54,632 bases of DNA from Bacteroidales bacterium (GCA_035389045.1 DAOORA010000024.1:1-54632); one strand, 5' to 3'. Shown: positions 1 to 9,416, counted from the first letter of the stretch. The notes: generated from the letters alone by a model not told the origin. Translations and numbers: made by a program.

Positions 1-83
1 TGCCCGTTACTGATTAAAATATTTCTGTAAGATTATCTCCTATAAAAAATCGCTGTTCCAGTCGGGCAAGGTTACGCTTGCTC

Positions 84-240
84 CAAAAATGCTTGCTTCG
101 GTAAACCCGGCACTACGCATTTACCAAAGCAAACTCCGTTTATTGTCGCTTCGCAAACCCGCCTGAATGAGGCAGAAGGGCAAGCATCGAAACTGAACTT
201 TTCGATTCAGACACCGGTTTTCCACTCAAAAACTAAGTAG
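84..240 (+). repeat. Dispersed non-coding repeat (MITE/REP-like), copy 1
   Basis: 84-148 aligns without gaps to 6667-6731, starting with an identical CAAAAATGCTTGCTTCGG. 187-240 matches the reverse complement of 48075-48128 at 45/54 nt. Confidence 0.75.
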
Positions 241-398
241 TTGAAACACAACTATATGAAGTACTCACTAAGTCCACTGAGGCGGACATAAAGGCAAAAT
301 ACACATAAATTTTGATTTTTTAAGGCAGCCTCTTTGTCCTCATTTAAACCTGTCTGAAGAAAGAAAAGAACGATTTGTATATTGGGATAGCATCTTCC

Positions 399-1613
399 TT
401 AAAGCGCGCCTTCGTCGTAAGCACGTTCTCCGTGCAAAGAAACATCAAGGCCTTCTTTTTCGTGTGTTTCTGAGACTCTAACGGGAGTGATTAAGTTAAT
501 TAATATCAGCATTATGTAGGTAAAAATAAATGCATAAGCCGCGGCAATAAATACAGCTACAATTTCTTTTCCCAAAAAGCCGGCACCGCCGAAAATCAGA
601 CCGTCTGCACCAGCTGAATTAACAGCTTTTGAAGCAAAGACTCCGAGTAGAATTGTACCTAATACTCCTCCAATACCGTGAACTCCCCAAACATCCAGTG
701 CATCATCCCATTTCATTTTATTTTTCAACTGAACTGCAAGATAGCAGACAACACCTGCGGTAACCCCGATGATGGGAGAAGCCCAGAGCGGAACAAAACC
801 TGCACAGGGCGTTATTGTTGCCAATCCTGCAATAGATCCCGTCAGAAGTCCGACAAACTTCGGTTTTCGTTCGCGGATCCATTCAATTACTACCCAGGCA
901 ATGGTAGCAAAAGATGCGGCAATATCCGTATTTAAAAATGCGGTTGATGTGATAAAATCAACGGCTACTTCACTTCCGGCATTAAAACCATACCATCCAA
1001 ACCAAAGCAAGCCGCTTCCAATCGCAACCAAAGGAATGCTGTTAGGAGTGGAGTTTTTATCGACTCTTGCCCCCACATAAAATACCGATGCTAACGCTGC
1101 AAAACCTGCTGTGGCATGAACCACAATACCGCCTGCAAAATCAAGAACGCCCCATTCTGCCAGTAAACCACCGCCCCAAATCATGTGGACAAACGGATAG
1201 TACACCAGGATCTGCCAGAATGTTAAGAAAATCATGTATGATTTAAATGATACACGGTTTACAAAAGCCCCGGTGATGAGTGCCGGAGTAATAATGGCAA
1301 ACATCATCTGATATGCGATGAAAACCACCTCAGGTATTTTTCCATTACTAAACATTGAATCAATACCTACTCCATGTAAAAATACTTTATCGAAGTTGCC
1401 AATAATGCCTCCTTCTCCACCACTGAAACATAATGAATAACCAAAGGCAATCCATAATACTGTTGTCCATCCTAATGAAACAAAGCTTTGAATCATTATA
1501 CCAAGGATGTTGCGTTTTGTGGCTAACCCACCATAAAAAAATGCCAAACCCGGTGTCATTAGCATAACTAAGCTGCTGGCCAGCAGCATAAATCCGGTTG
1601 AACCAGTGTCCAT
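399..1613 (-). CDS. amtB: Ammonium transporter, Amt family
   Basis: LMTPGLAFFYGG, DFAGGIVVH, WFGWYGFNAGS and DDALDVWGVHG motifs; both pore His residues present; about 11 hydrophobic segments. Confidence 0.97.
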   Translation of the reverse strand: MDTGSTGFMLLASSLVMLMTPGLAFFYGGLATKRNILGIMIQSFVSLGWTTVLWIAFGYSLCFSGGEGGIIGNFDKVFLHGVGIDSMFSNGKIPEVVFIAYQMMFAIITPALITGAFVNRVSFKSYMIFLTFWQILVYYPFVHMIWGGGLLAEWGVLDFAGGIVVHATAGFAALASVFYVGARVDKNSTPNSIPLVAIGSGLLWFGWYGFNAGSEVAVDFITSTAFLNTDIAASFATIAWVVIEWIRERKPKFVGLLTGSIAGLATITPCAGFVPLWASPIIGVTAGVVCYLAVQLKNKMKWDDALDVWGVHGIGGVLGTILLGVFASKAVNSAGADGLIFGGAGFLGKEIVAVFIAAAYAFIFTYIMLILINLITPVRVSETHEKEGLDVSLHGERAYDEGAL

Positions 1614-1649
1614 AAAATTCCTCCTGAAATTTTTAATTAATATTATTGT

Positions 1650-2483
1650 TTATAAAGTAAGGCCGAAAACAAAGTGAAATCCGGAAGTTTGCGGATTAAA
1701 TATCAATGATGCCTTTAAGGGCAGACTGAAATTTTCACTGATTTTAATACTCTTATATCCTGTAATTCCAGTATTAACAACTGCAAAACCTCCGTCGTAA
1801 GCCGGAGTGCTGTATACACTTGAAAATGGTGTAGCTCCTACAAATATATCAAAGTTAAAATCCTTGATAGTAAAAGGGTATCCTAATTCAATATAGGTTG
1901 AAAACCGGTTTTTATATTTTATACTTTGAACGGAACCACCCGGTGTGAAAACAGTATCCTGAGGGCTTTTGTCATTTCCATATACAAAAGTTCCCACCAG
2001 TATACTAACAGGAAATTTTTCGGGGCCTTTGTATTGTAATGTTGCTTCTAAAGAATGACAGCTGTATTTATTAAGATTTTCACCCGTAGTGGTGTCAAAA
2101 TCAATTTTATCCGGGTTTTTGCAATACGAAAATCTTGTATCGTTTACATTAGATGCAAGGGCAGGGATATAATAATCCGTTAAAATAACAGAAAAACCTT
2201 TAATTGTATATTTGGCATATAAGTCTGTTTCAACATAATTATTGGCAAGAGCAATAGCGCCCCAATAACCGATTTCAAAATCCCCCAGCCCAAAAGACAG
2301 TGTGGGTTGAATACTTGGTGAACCTCCATAATCAAGCCCGCGCCAGACATAGCGGCTCATTATATCAGCGCCAACGTTCAGCTTAAAAGGCATATTACAT
2401 TTCTTTTCTGTGGGCTCCTGAGCATTGAGAAGATAACTGTTCAAAAGAAAAGCCACAAGCATCAGTGTAATGATCTTTTTCAT
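1650..2483 (-). CDS. Putative outer-membrane beta-barrel/porin (TorF-like) upstream of amtB
   Basis: Signal peptide (..LLNA-Q), GADIMSRYVWRG motif, C-terminal alternating beta-signal FVFGLTL; this porin type commonly neighbours amt genes. Confidence 0.75.
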   Translation of the reverse strand: MKKIITLMLVAFLLNSYLLNAQEPTEKKCNMPFKLNVGADIMSRYVWRGLDYGGSPSIQPTLSFGLGDFEIGYWGAIALANNYVETDLYAKYTIKGFSVILTDYYIPALASNVNDTRFSYCKNPDKIDFDTTTGENLNKYSCHSLEATLQYKGPEKFPVSILVGTFVYGNDKSPQDTVFTPGGSVQSIKYKNRFSTYIELGYPFTIKDFNFDIFVGATPFSSVYSTPAYDGGFAVVNTGITGYKSIKISENFSLPLKASLIFNPQTSGFHFVFGLTL

Positions 2484-2524
2484 AAATAATAGTTTTAAAA
2501 TAATTTCGGGATAAAATTATATAT

Positions 2525-2600
2525 TAGGGTAACGCCCGTAAATAATGGATTTAGCGTAATTTACAGTAAAATAAACACCTAGGGATAGGTAATTTACCTA
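2525..2600. promoter_or_regulatory. Three related palindromic sites upstream of porin-amtB; candidate NarL/LuxR-type operators
   Basis: TAGGTAATTTACCTA (2586-2600, 7-1-7 palindrome), TAGCGTAATTTACAGTA (2552-2568), TAGGGTAACGCCCGTA (2525-2540). Confidence 0.5.
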
Positions 2601-2608
2601 ATGGGATC

Positions 2609-3268
2609 TTACTTGATCTCGATTATTTTATTTTTAATTCCATAAATGATAAGCTCAGCAGTGGACTTGAGTTTTAGCTTATTCATAATATGGTTTTTAT
2701 GGCTGTCGACGGTACGCACACTAATAAAAAGTTTATCGGCAATTTCCTTGTTTGTCATTCCATGCCCTACCAGCTCGATAATTTCTTTCTCTCTCTGGGT
2801 GATGGGTTCATCTTTTTCATACCTGTCATTGCCGTATTGCGTTTTTCGGATATAGCTCTTCAATATGTTGGTTGAAATGAGCTTGCCCAAATATTCCTCA
2901 CCGCAGGCGATAGAATGAATGGCGTCAAGTAATTCATTTCTGGAAGTATCTTTTGGTAAATACCCTTTTGCCCCGCTGATAATTGCATTAACCACGAAAT
3001 CATCATTTTTATGCATAGAGAGTATCAGTATCTTTATATCAGGATACTGCTCATTGATAATTTTGGTCATCTCGATTCCGGAAAGTTTTGGCATAGTTAT
3101 ATCAAGCACCAAAATATCTGGTTGCATAATTTTAAGCAAACTCATCAGTCCATCACCGTTTGATGCTTCCCCAATCACTTCAAGGTCATGCTCATCGGTA
3201 AGCAACGATTTTATTCCATCACGGAAAATCTGGTGGTCATCAGCTAATATAATCCTGATTTTTTTCAA
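2609..3268 (-). CDS. NarL/FixJ-family response regulator (REC + LuxR HTH)
   Basis: ADDH..LDITMP receiver domain; TQREKEIIELVGHGMTNKEIADKLFISVRTVDSH HTH; TTG start. Confidence 0.95.
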   Translation of the reverse strand: MKKIRIILADDHQIFRDGIKSLLTDEHDLEVIGEASNGDGLMSLLKIMQPDILVLDITMPKLSGIEMTKIINEQYPDIKILILSMHKNDDFVVNAIISGAKGYLPKDTSRNELLDAIHSIACGEEYLGKLISTNILKSYIRKTQYGNDRYEKDEPITQREKEIIELVGHGMTNKEIADKLFISVRTVDSHKNHIMNKLKLKSTAELIIYGIKNKIIEIK

Positions 3269-3274
3269 ATGAAG

Positions 3275-5086
3275 TTATTTGGTATCAAAATTAGTATTAT
3301 TATTTGTCTCCAGAAAAATGTTTAATACAGTTCCATTACCGGGACTGGATTTTATATCAAATCCACCACCTAATATTTCGGTACGGCTGCGGATGTTGTT
3401 AATACCATTTGCCCCGGAGCGAATATTGTTTTTGTCAAATCCTTTACCGTCATCAGCGATGGAAAGGTTTATTATATTGTTTTCAAAGGTTAAATTTATT
3501 TCCGCATGGTTTGCCTCTGAATGTTTTACAATATTAGTTAATGCTTCCTGGATTATACGGTAAGTATATGTTTTTATATCTCTGCTGCAGTTTGTGGGTA
3601 TTTGGTTGTAATTAAAATTAATTTTTATTCCGTTTATATTTCTGCTTTCTTCGCAAAGGTTTTCTATGGCACTTATAAGACCGAACTCACTTAGAACCTG
3701 CGGCATAAGGTTTTCCGACATACTAACTACCTCTTTTGAAACGGATGCCAGCATTTTTTTTGCATCATCAATAAGTTTTTGTTTTAATCCAGCATCAGCA
3801 TTATCAAGGCGTTCGAGCTGCATCTTAATTGCTAGTATGCGTTGGCCAAGGCCATCATGTAATTCACGTGCCAGGCGCTGGCGTTCCTGCTCCTGACCAT
3901 CATAAACAGATGTCATTCGTTTCGATCGTTCATCATACAAATCCTTTGTCTGTTGCTTAATTTTTGCTGCCATTTCGTTAAAAGCCATGGTAAGTTCACC
4001 AATTTCATCATCAGAGGTTTTTTCAAGAAATACATCATAATTGCCTTTGGAAATGTACCCTGCAGCTTGCTTTAACTTGATGACCGGCGATGAAATTCGT
4101 CGTGAAATAATCAGAACAATGCCAAAAAGAAGCAATGAAATAATAATGGCTAGAATGATAATGCTGTTTCGTAATGTATAAATCGGAATCATGGCTTCAT
4201 GGGTATCAATTTCAGCTGTTATTACCCAGTTAAGTCCGGTGATGTTTAGTTTTCCATAAGCACCCATCACTTTTATTCCTCTGTAGTCCGGGTACTCATT
4301 TGTGCCTGAAATGTTTTTTAAAGCGCTTTGTACTCCAGCTGTGTTTACTTGAATTTTATTAGCCGAATTTTCCTTAAAGCGTGATGTGGTTTTCATCAGT
4401 AAATCATCACCTACAATATAGGCTTCGCCGGTTTCTCCCAATCCATTCATTTTATTGGTGTTGAACATCATGGTATTTACCACAGACATATTTATTTTTA
4501 AAAATATTTTGATAAAGATTTTTTCTGAAGAATCCTTTTTTATGGGAATTTCAATTAAGATGTCTTTATTTATACCCGATTCAATGAATTTAATATCATC
4601 ACTGGCGTTAATTTCATAAGTTGTTTTTTCTTTACGGCAGATTTTTGAAAATTCAATGTTTTGTTCATTAAATTTGTCTGAAATATTCAGATTAATTTTT
4701 AAATCCTGCCATTGGATATCAGCAGACGTATAACATCCGTTGTCAAGAATTTTTTTTAAGTGCAAATTGTATTCTTCTGTAATTGAGGATTTTATTATTT
4801 TTTCCGGGGTTTTGCCATCATTGAATAATGCTAAAACATTTAAAATTTTGACCCAATTATTATAATTTGAAATAATTTTTGCTTCATTCAAACGGTCATT
4901 AAAAAACCGCTCAATATTTTGTTGTTTTTCAAATTTAACTGAGTTTAATTGCTCATACGTTCGGGTCATTAATGCATTTTTTGCTGAAAAATATGAGTAT
5001 AGACTCAAAACCAAAATTGTGAGCATACTTAACGAAAAAAAATAGGCGAATAATTTTTGATTAAGGTTTATTTTGTTTTTTACCAT
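3275..5086 (-). CDS. Sensor histidine kinase (periplasmic Cache-like domain, HAMP, HisKA_3, HATPase)
   Basis: Two TM helices, HAMP (DEIGELTMAFNEM), RLARELHDGLGQ H-box, EALTNIVKHS and DDGKGFD boxes. Confidence 0.93.
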   Translation of the reverse strand: MVKNKINLNQKLFAYFFSLSMLTILVLSLYSYFSAKNALMTRTYEQLNSVKFEKQQNIERFFNDRLNEAKIISNYNNWVKILNVLALFNDGKTPEKIIKSSITEEYNLHLKKILDNGCYTSADIQWQDLKINLNISDKFNEQNIEFSKICRKEKTTYEINASDDIKFIESGINKDILIEIPIKKDSSEKIFIKIFLKINMSVVNTMMFNTNKMNGLGETGEAYIVGDDLLMKTTSRFKENSANKIQVNTAGVQSALKNISGTNEYPDYRGIKVMGAYGKLNITGLNWVITAEIDTHEAMIPIYTLRNSIIILAIIISLLLFGIVLIISRRISSPVIKLKQAAGYISKGNYDVFLEKTSDDEIGELTMAFNEMAAKIKQQTKDLYDERSKRMTSVYDGQEQERQRLARELHDGLGQRILAIKMQLERLDNADAGLKQKLIDDAKKMLASVSKEVVSMSENLMPQVLSEFGLISAIENLCEESRNINGIKINFNYNQIPTNCSRDIKTYTYRIIQEALTNIVKHSEANHAEINLTFENNIINLSIADDGKGFDKNNIRSGANGINNIRSRTEILGGGFDIKSSPGNGTVLNIFLETNNNTNFDTK

Positions 5087-5127
5087 TATTCGTTTTGATT
5101 AAGCCCTGTAAAATTAAACAATTTGCA

Positions 5128-5155
5128 ATAAAAAAGCCGGCCAAACGACCGGCTT
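5128..5155 (-). terminator. Rho-independent terminator after the DUF2892/SOD unit
   Basis: On the minus strand: AAGCCGG-TCGTTTGG-CCGGCTT followed by a T run. Confidence 0.7.
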
Positions 5156-5181
5156 GTATGCACAACCAAAATTTGTTACGC

Positions 5182-5400
5182 TTATTGTGCTTTTTCACAG
5201 CTTTTGCAAATGGTTTTAATTCCAAAAGGCAGATAGAGCGGACAAAAGCCAATAATGCTGGTAAGAAGAAATATTCCGGCTAAAATCAGAAGAATTGTTC
5301 CCCATATTCCGCTCAAAACACCTGTAGCAAAAAGGATAATAAATGTGATGGCTAAGAGTGTCCTGATAATCCTGTCGGTTATTCCCATGTTCTTTTTCAT
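5182..5400 (-). CDS. DUF2892 (YgaP-like) small membrane protein
   Basis: MKKNMGxxDRIIR, two TM helices, GFCPLY motif. Confidence 0.9.
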   Translation of the reverse strand: MKKNMGITDRIIRTLLAITFIILFATGVLSGIWGTILLILAGIFLLTSIIGFCPLYLPFGIKTICKSCEKAQ

Positions 5401-5411
5401 AGTTGTAAATA

Positions 5412-6146
5412 TTATTTGTTTATAGCTTTATGATACCGTTCTTCAACCACTTTCCAGTTGATAACGTTCCAAAAGGAACTGATATAATCAGCCCGCTTGT
5501 TCTGGTATTTTAAATAATAAGCATGTTCCCACACGTCCATGGCAAGTACCGGTGTTCCTATTTTTTCTGCGACATCCATCAAAGGGTTATCCTGGTTGGG
5601 TGTAGAACTTATAAACATACCTCCTTTATCATCAACGCAAAGCCATGCCCAGCCACTGCCAAAACGTGTCATTCCGGCATTGATAAAATCTTCTTTAAAC
5701 GTTTCGAGTGACCCAAAATGCATAATGAGCAGGGTTTTAAATTTTTCTGACATCCCGACACCATTTGGCGCCATGTTTTCCCAGTAAAGTTCATGGTTGA
5801 AATACCCGCCGCCGTTGTTACGCACAGCAGCAGGGAATTTACTCACTCCGGCAAATATTTCTACTAAGGTCATCTGCTCCATCGGAGTGCCGCTTATGGC
5901 TTTTACAAAATTATCGAAATAGGCTTTGTGATGCCTCGAATAATGGATTTCCATGGTCATTTTGTCAATAAATGGTTCCAGTGCGTCATAGCTGTATGGC
6001 AGGGATTTGAATTCAAATTCCGTTGCATTTATGTTTTCTTTTGTTTCCATAATACTGTTTTTTAAGTTTGTTGTTCTGTTGTTTTGTTCATTTGTTATCT
6101 CCGACAAATTAAGCGCTATTAATAGCGCCATGATAATTGTGTTCAT
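5412..6146 (-). CDS. sodA: Fe/Mn superoxide dismutase (Mn/cambialistic-type signature) with N-terminal extension
   Basis: LPYSYDALEP, HYSRHH, NNGGG..NH, FGSGWAWL, NQD, DVWEHAYY. Start placed at ATG 6146 because the 6191 ATG lies inside a promoter-like motif; a later start at METKEN is possible. Confidence 0.92.
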   Translation of the reverse strand: MNTIIMALLIALNLSEITNEQNNRTTNLKNSIMETKENINATEFEFKSLPYSYDALEPFIDKMTMEIHYSRHHKAYFDNFVKAISGTPMEQMTLVEIFAGVSKFPAAVRNNGGGYFNHELYWENMAPNGVGMSEKFKTLLIMHFGSLETFKEDFINAGMTRFGSGWAWLCVDDKGGMFISSTPNQDNPLMDVAEKIGTPVLAMDVWEHAYYLKYQNKRADYISSFWNVINWKVVEERYHKAINK

Positions 6147-6175
6147 GTTATTTTTATTTAGACTGTTTCTTAATA

Positions 6176-6190
6176 ACAAATAACATGCCA
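6176..6190 (-). promoter_or_regulatory. Candidate sigma54 (-24/-12) promoter for the SOD gene
   Basis: Minus strand TGGCATGTTATTTGT (GG-N10-GT); palindrome TGACAAACTGTCA at 6203-6215 just upstream. Confidence 0.45.
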
Positions 6191-6238
6191 TAATTCCTTA
6201 TCTGACAAACTGTCAAAAAAACGGATTTAAAAGATTAA

Positions 6239-6493
6239 TCAGGTGATATGTTCCGACCTATTATTTCTCCGGTCTGCTTTTTTTTTCTCGTACGACCGCG
6301 TATCTATTTTTAAGGGCCGGTAAAGCGGGCAAAAGCCCAATAAACTGGTTATGGCAAAAAACAGTCCGATCAAAAGAAGGGCGTAGCTCCACCATTCGTT
6401 GTTGGGTATAACTTTTATCGCAAAAAGTATAATAATGACAATTGCTAAAATAAACCTGATGCCTTTATCAATGATTCCCATATTAGTTTTCAT
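6239..6493 (-). CDS. DUF2892 (YgaP-like) small membrane protein
   Basis: MKTNMGIIDKGIR, two TM helices, GFCPLY motif; TATCTTTG promoter at 6548-6555. Confidence 0.88.
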   Translation of the reverse strand: MKTNMGIIDKGIRFILAIVIIILFAIKVIPNNEWWSYALLLIGLFFAITSLLGFCPLYRPLKIDTRSYEKKKADRRNNRSEHIT

Positions 6494-6666
6494 GGTGCTA
6501 CGATTTATAAGTTAATGTTTTTGACATTAATAATTATTTATCAAAAACAAAGATAAAGTATTTACAAAATGAAATCAAGTTATTTTTTATATTTCTAATG
6601 AATGACTGATAAGCAGAAATATAAACGGTGTCCGCAAGAAAACGCAGATTTTTGTTGTGTTTGCTG

Positions 6667-6731
6667 CAAAAATGCTTGCTTCGGCATGTTCAGCAGCACG
6701 GATTTATGACAGAAAAATCCGTTTTTTGTCG
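6667..6731 (+). repeat. Dispersed non-coding repeat, copy 2
   Basis: Ungapped similarity to 84-148 (CAAAAATGCTTGCTTCGG...ATTTA...TCCGTTT.TTGTCG). Confidence 0.7.
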
Positions 6732-6846
6732 GTAAGTCCAGAAACTGGCGTTTTCATTGCGCAAAATGTTTCTTTTTTATTTGCATAGTTCAGAGCCTGA
6801 GGATCTGTTTTGAATTGATGAATTATTTTTTTATTCTTTTTTTAAA

Positions 6847-6893
6847 GAAAATCAATTTGTTGGCACTTAATCCCACAGGACAAATTGATTTTC
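6847..6893. repeat. Perfect 14-bp inverted repeat with 19-nt spacer
   Basis: GAAAATCAATTTGT (6847-6860) / ACAAATTGATTTTC (6880-6893). Confidence 0.75.
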
Positions 6894-7084
6894 CCTACAT
6901 ATTTCAGGAATAGGAAGAGTGACTCAAAGAAAAAAAATTTTAAACTTGTCTCCGTTCGACTTCGATCAAAACTTCCTTCACTGATGTTTCAGAAGTTTCA
7001 GCGCAATCTGGCCGGAAAATTATTCTTATGAATTAACGCAGAAATACAGATTTCGGAACATGGGAAATTTATCCGTTTCAAACA

Positions 7085-7861
7085 TCATTCTTCAAACTCG
7101 AACCGGATCGGGTCGTAAATATTCAATCCGAGCAGATTACGCGCGCTGCCTTTGCTGAGGGCTATTTCAAGCAATCCTGTGGTTCCGAAAACAAGGACGA
7201 TTTCGCCATCGGCAACCTCAGAATAGGTGTTCTTTATTTCGCGTTGTTCCTCATTTCTGAAAAAAGCAGTAAACTTACGCCCGTTCCCGACCTCATTGAA
7301 TATTTTTTCTGAAATATTGGTAATTGCATTATCGTATGAATCAAAATAAATAACAATGCCCTTGATGGCATTAGGTTCGTTAATAGGCAGATAGCTGGAT
7401 AGTTTGAACAGTTCACTGCCGCTCTCACCGAGCCTTTCAGCATCTTTACCTTCGATCAGATGGCATGCAGCCGGGGCATAAATATCCAGCGAAGGAAAGG
7501 TCTTGTATTTCGGAGCAGGCAAGTTGCTTATTTTGATTATTTTACCAGGTTTGGTTTCGCACAAAAGTGAAAAAATTCCGTTGTCGGCGCCGATAAAATA
7601 GTGTCCGTCGTAAAATACGATAATGTGTGAAGAACCTTTTGTTTCATCAGAATTAACTCCAACGATATGAATGGTGCCCTGAGGGAAATTTTTGTAGGCA
7701 TTCCTGATAATGTAGGCCGTTTCGGCAAGGCTGTATTTTGTAATACTATGGGTAATATCCACGATGGTGGTACCGGGCGAGGCACTCAGAATGGCGCCTT
7801 TAACAGCTGCAACATAATGATCGGTCAAACCCCAGTCGCTGGTTAATGTTACAATAGCCAT
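7085..7861 (-). CDS. SAM hydrolase / SAM-dependent halogenase family (DUF62)
   Basis: TLTSDWG..DHYVAAVKG, IVDITH, FPQGTIH, FIGADNGIFS, YFDSYDNAITN; TATTTTTG promoter at 7884-7891. Confidence 0.92.
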   Translation of the reverse strand: MAIVTLTSDWGLTDHYVAAVKGAILSASPGTTIVDITHSITKYSLAETAYIIRNAYKNFPQGTIHIVGVNSDETKGSSHIIVFYDGHYFIGADNGIFSLLCETKPGKIIKISNLPAPKYKTFPSLDIYAPAACHLIEGKDAERLGESGSELFKLSSYLPINEPNAIKGIVIYFDSYDNAITNISEKIFNEVGNGRKFTAFFRNEEQREIKNTYSEVADGEIVLVFGTTGLLEIALSKGSARNLLGLNIYDPIRFEFEE

Positions 7862-7961
7862 GTATCCTGAAATATAATGGCTTCAAAAATACAAATTTTA
7901 AGGCGCTGCAAAGCAAATTTTATTAATTTTGTTCAAAATTTATCCATTTTTCAGGTATTTG

Positions 7962-8906
7962 ATGAGCGAAAAAATCATAACATTAGAATTTATCGACCCC
8001 GTAGATTTTTTTGGCGCCCACGATCAAAACCTTGAAATTCTTAAAACTCATTTTTCAAAAATCAAGATCATCGCCCGCGATAATACCCTGAAAATCATAG
8101 GCGACAAAAATGAGCTGAAATCCTTTGAGCATATCGTAGACAGCCTCATAAAACAATACAACAGCAAGGGTTTTATCTCTCCTGAGATCATCGGGGAAAC
8201 CATAAATCCCGGCTCGGCTATTTCCGGGAATGAAGACAAGACAGACGATAACCTTATATTACACGGACAACGAGGCACCCTGATAAAAGCCCGCACTGCT
8301 CATCAGCAAGTGATGGTAAACAGCAGCCCGCATAACGACCTGATATTTGCCATTGGCCCTGCGGGAACAGGCAAGACCTATACTGCCGTGGCGCTGGCCG
8401 TTCGCGCTTTACGCAACAAAGAGGTAAAACGTATCATACTCACCCGTCCGGCTGTGGAGGCCGGCGAAAATCTTGGCTTTCTGCCCGGCGACCTTAAAGA
8501 AAAACTGGACCCCTACCTGCAACCTTTGTATGATGCACTATGGGATATGTTACCCACGCAGAAACTCAGCCAGTACATCGAAGAACGGATCATAGAAATT
8601 GCCCCGCTGGCATTTATGCGTGGCCGCACCCTCGACAATGCATTCGTCATACTCGATGAGGCCCAGAACTGCACCATCAGCCAGATGAAAATGTTTCTTA
8701 CCCGCATGGGACGCTCGGCAAGGTTCATCGTCACAGGAGACATAACACAGATTGACCTTCCGAAAAACCAAACCTCCGGACTGGTTCATGCCCTTGACAT
8801 TCTTAAGAAAATCAAAGGGATCGACATAATTTATTTTGATAATACTGATATCATCCGGCATAAACTTATTACAGAAATCATTAATGCATATTCTTCAGAA
8901 CTATGA
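7962..8906 (+). CDS. phoH: PhoH-family ATPase
   Basis: GPAGTGKT, RIILTRPAVEAGENLGFLPGD, MRGRTL, DEAQN. ATG 7962 follows a TAATTTTG promoter at 7924-7931. Confidence 0.96.
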   Translation: MSEKIITLEFIDPVDFFGAHDQNLEILKTHFSKIKIIARDNTLKIIGDKNELKSFEHIVDSLIKQYNSKGFISPEIIGETINPGSAISGNEDKTDDNLILHGQRGTLIKARTAHQQVMVNSSPHNDLIFAIGPAGTGKTYTAVALAVRALRNKEVKRIILTRPAVEAGENLGFLPGDLKEKLDPYLQPLYDALWDMLPTQKLSQYIEERIIEIAPLAFMRGRTLDNAFVILDEAQNCTISQMKMFLTRMGRSARFIVTGDITQIDLPKNQTSGLVHALDILKKIKGIDIIYFDNTDIIRHKLITEIINAYSSEL

Positions 8907-9400
8907 AAAGTGTTTTATTGCCAGTTCTTTTAGCCATTGTTTTTAATTCCTGCAATAAGTATGAGGACGGTCCTGCCGTGAGTCTCCGCTCTGCCGAAAA
9001 AAGGCTGACGGGTAAATGGGAAGTCACCGATATTTTGTTCGATGAAAAAAATATTTCAACAGGATTTTTCTCAAGTCACCTCGAATTATATCCCTTCAGC
9101 ATATACTCAGATTGGGGCGGGGATTATTTTATAAGCATATCTCATACCGATGGCAACCTTATTGCCAATTCCGATCTTATCCTGAATGAGAAGAAAGACA
9201 AAATCACTTTTGCGATGTTGCCGCTGGCTCCTTACGAATCTATTTCCACCGATATTTTTTGTACCGTTCCGGTGCTAAGTAAGTCAACAGAATGGAAGAT
9301 CTTGCGCCTGAAAAATGATGAACTCTGGATATCCACAGATTTCTCGGCAGGCAATTATGAACTCCATTTCAAACTTCTTGCTGATTACACGGATTATTAA
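8903..9400 (+). CDS. Hypothetical lipoprotein (lipocalin-like)
   Basis: Lipobox FNS-C; KYEDGP..SLRS..RLTGKW and [12 protein letters not shown] motifs; ATGA overlap with phoH. Confidence 0.8.
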   Translation: MKSVLLPVLLAIVFNSCNKYEDGPAVSLRSAEKRLTGKWEVTDILFDEKNISTGFFSSHLELYPFSIYSDWGGDYFISISHTDGNLIANSDLILNEKKDKITFAMLPLAPYESISTDIFCTVPVLSKSTEWKILRLKNDELWISTDFSAGNYELHFKLLADYTDY

Positions 9401-9416
9401 AAAACATCATCGTTCT

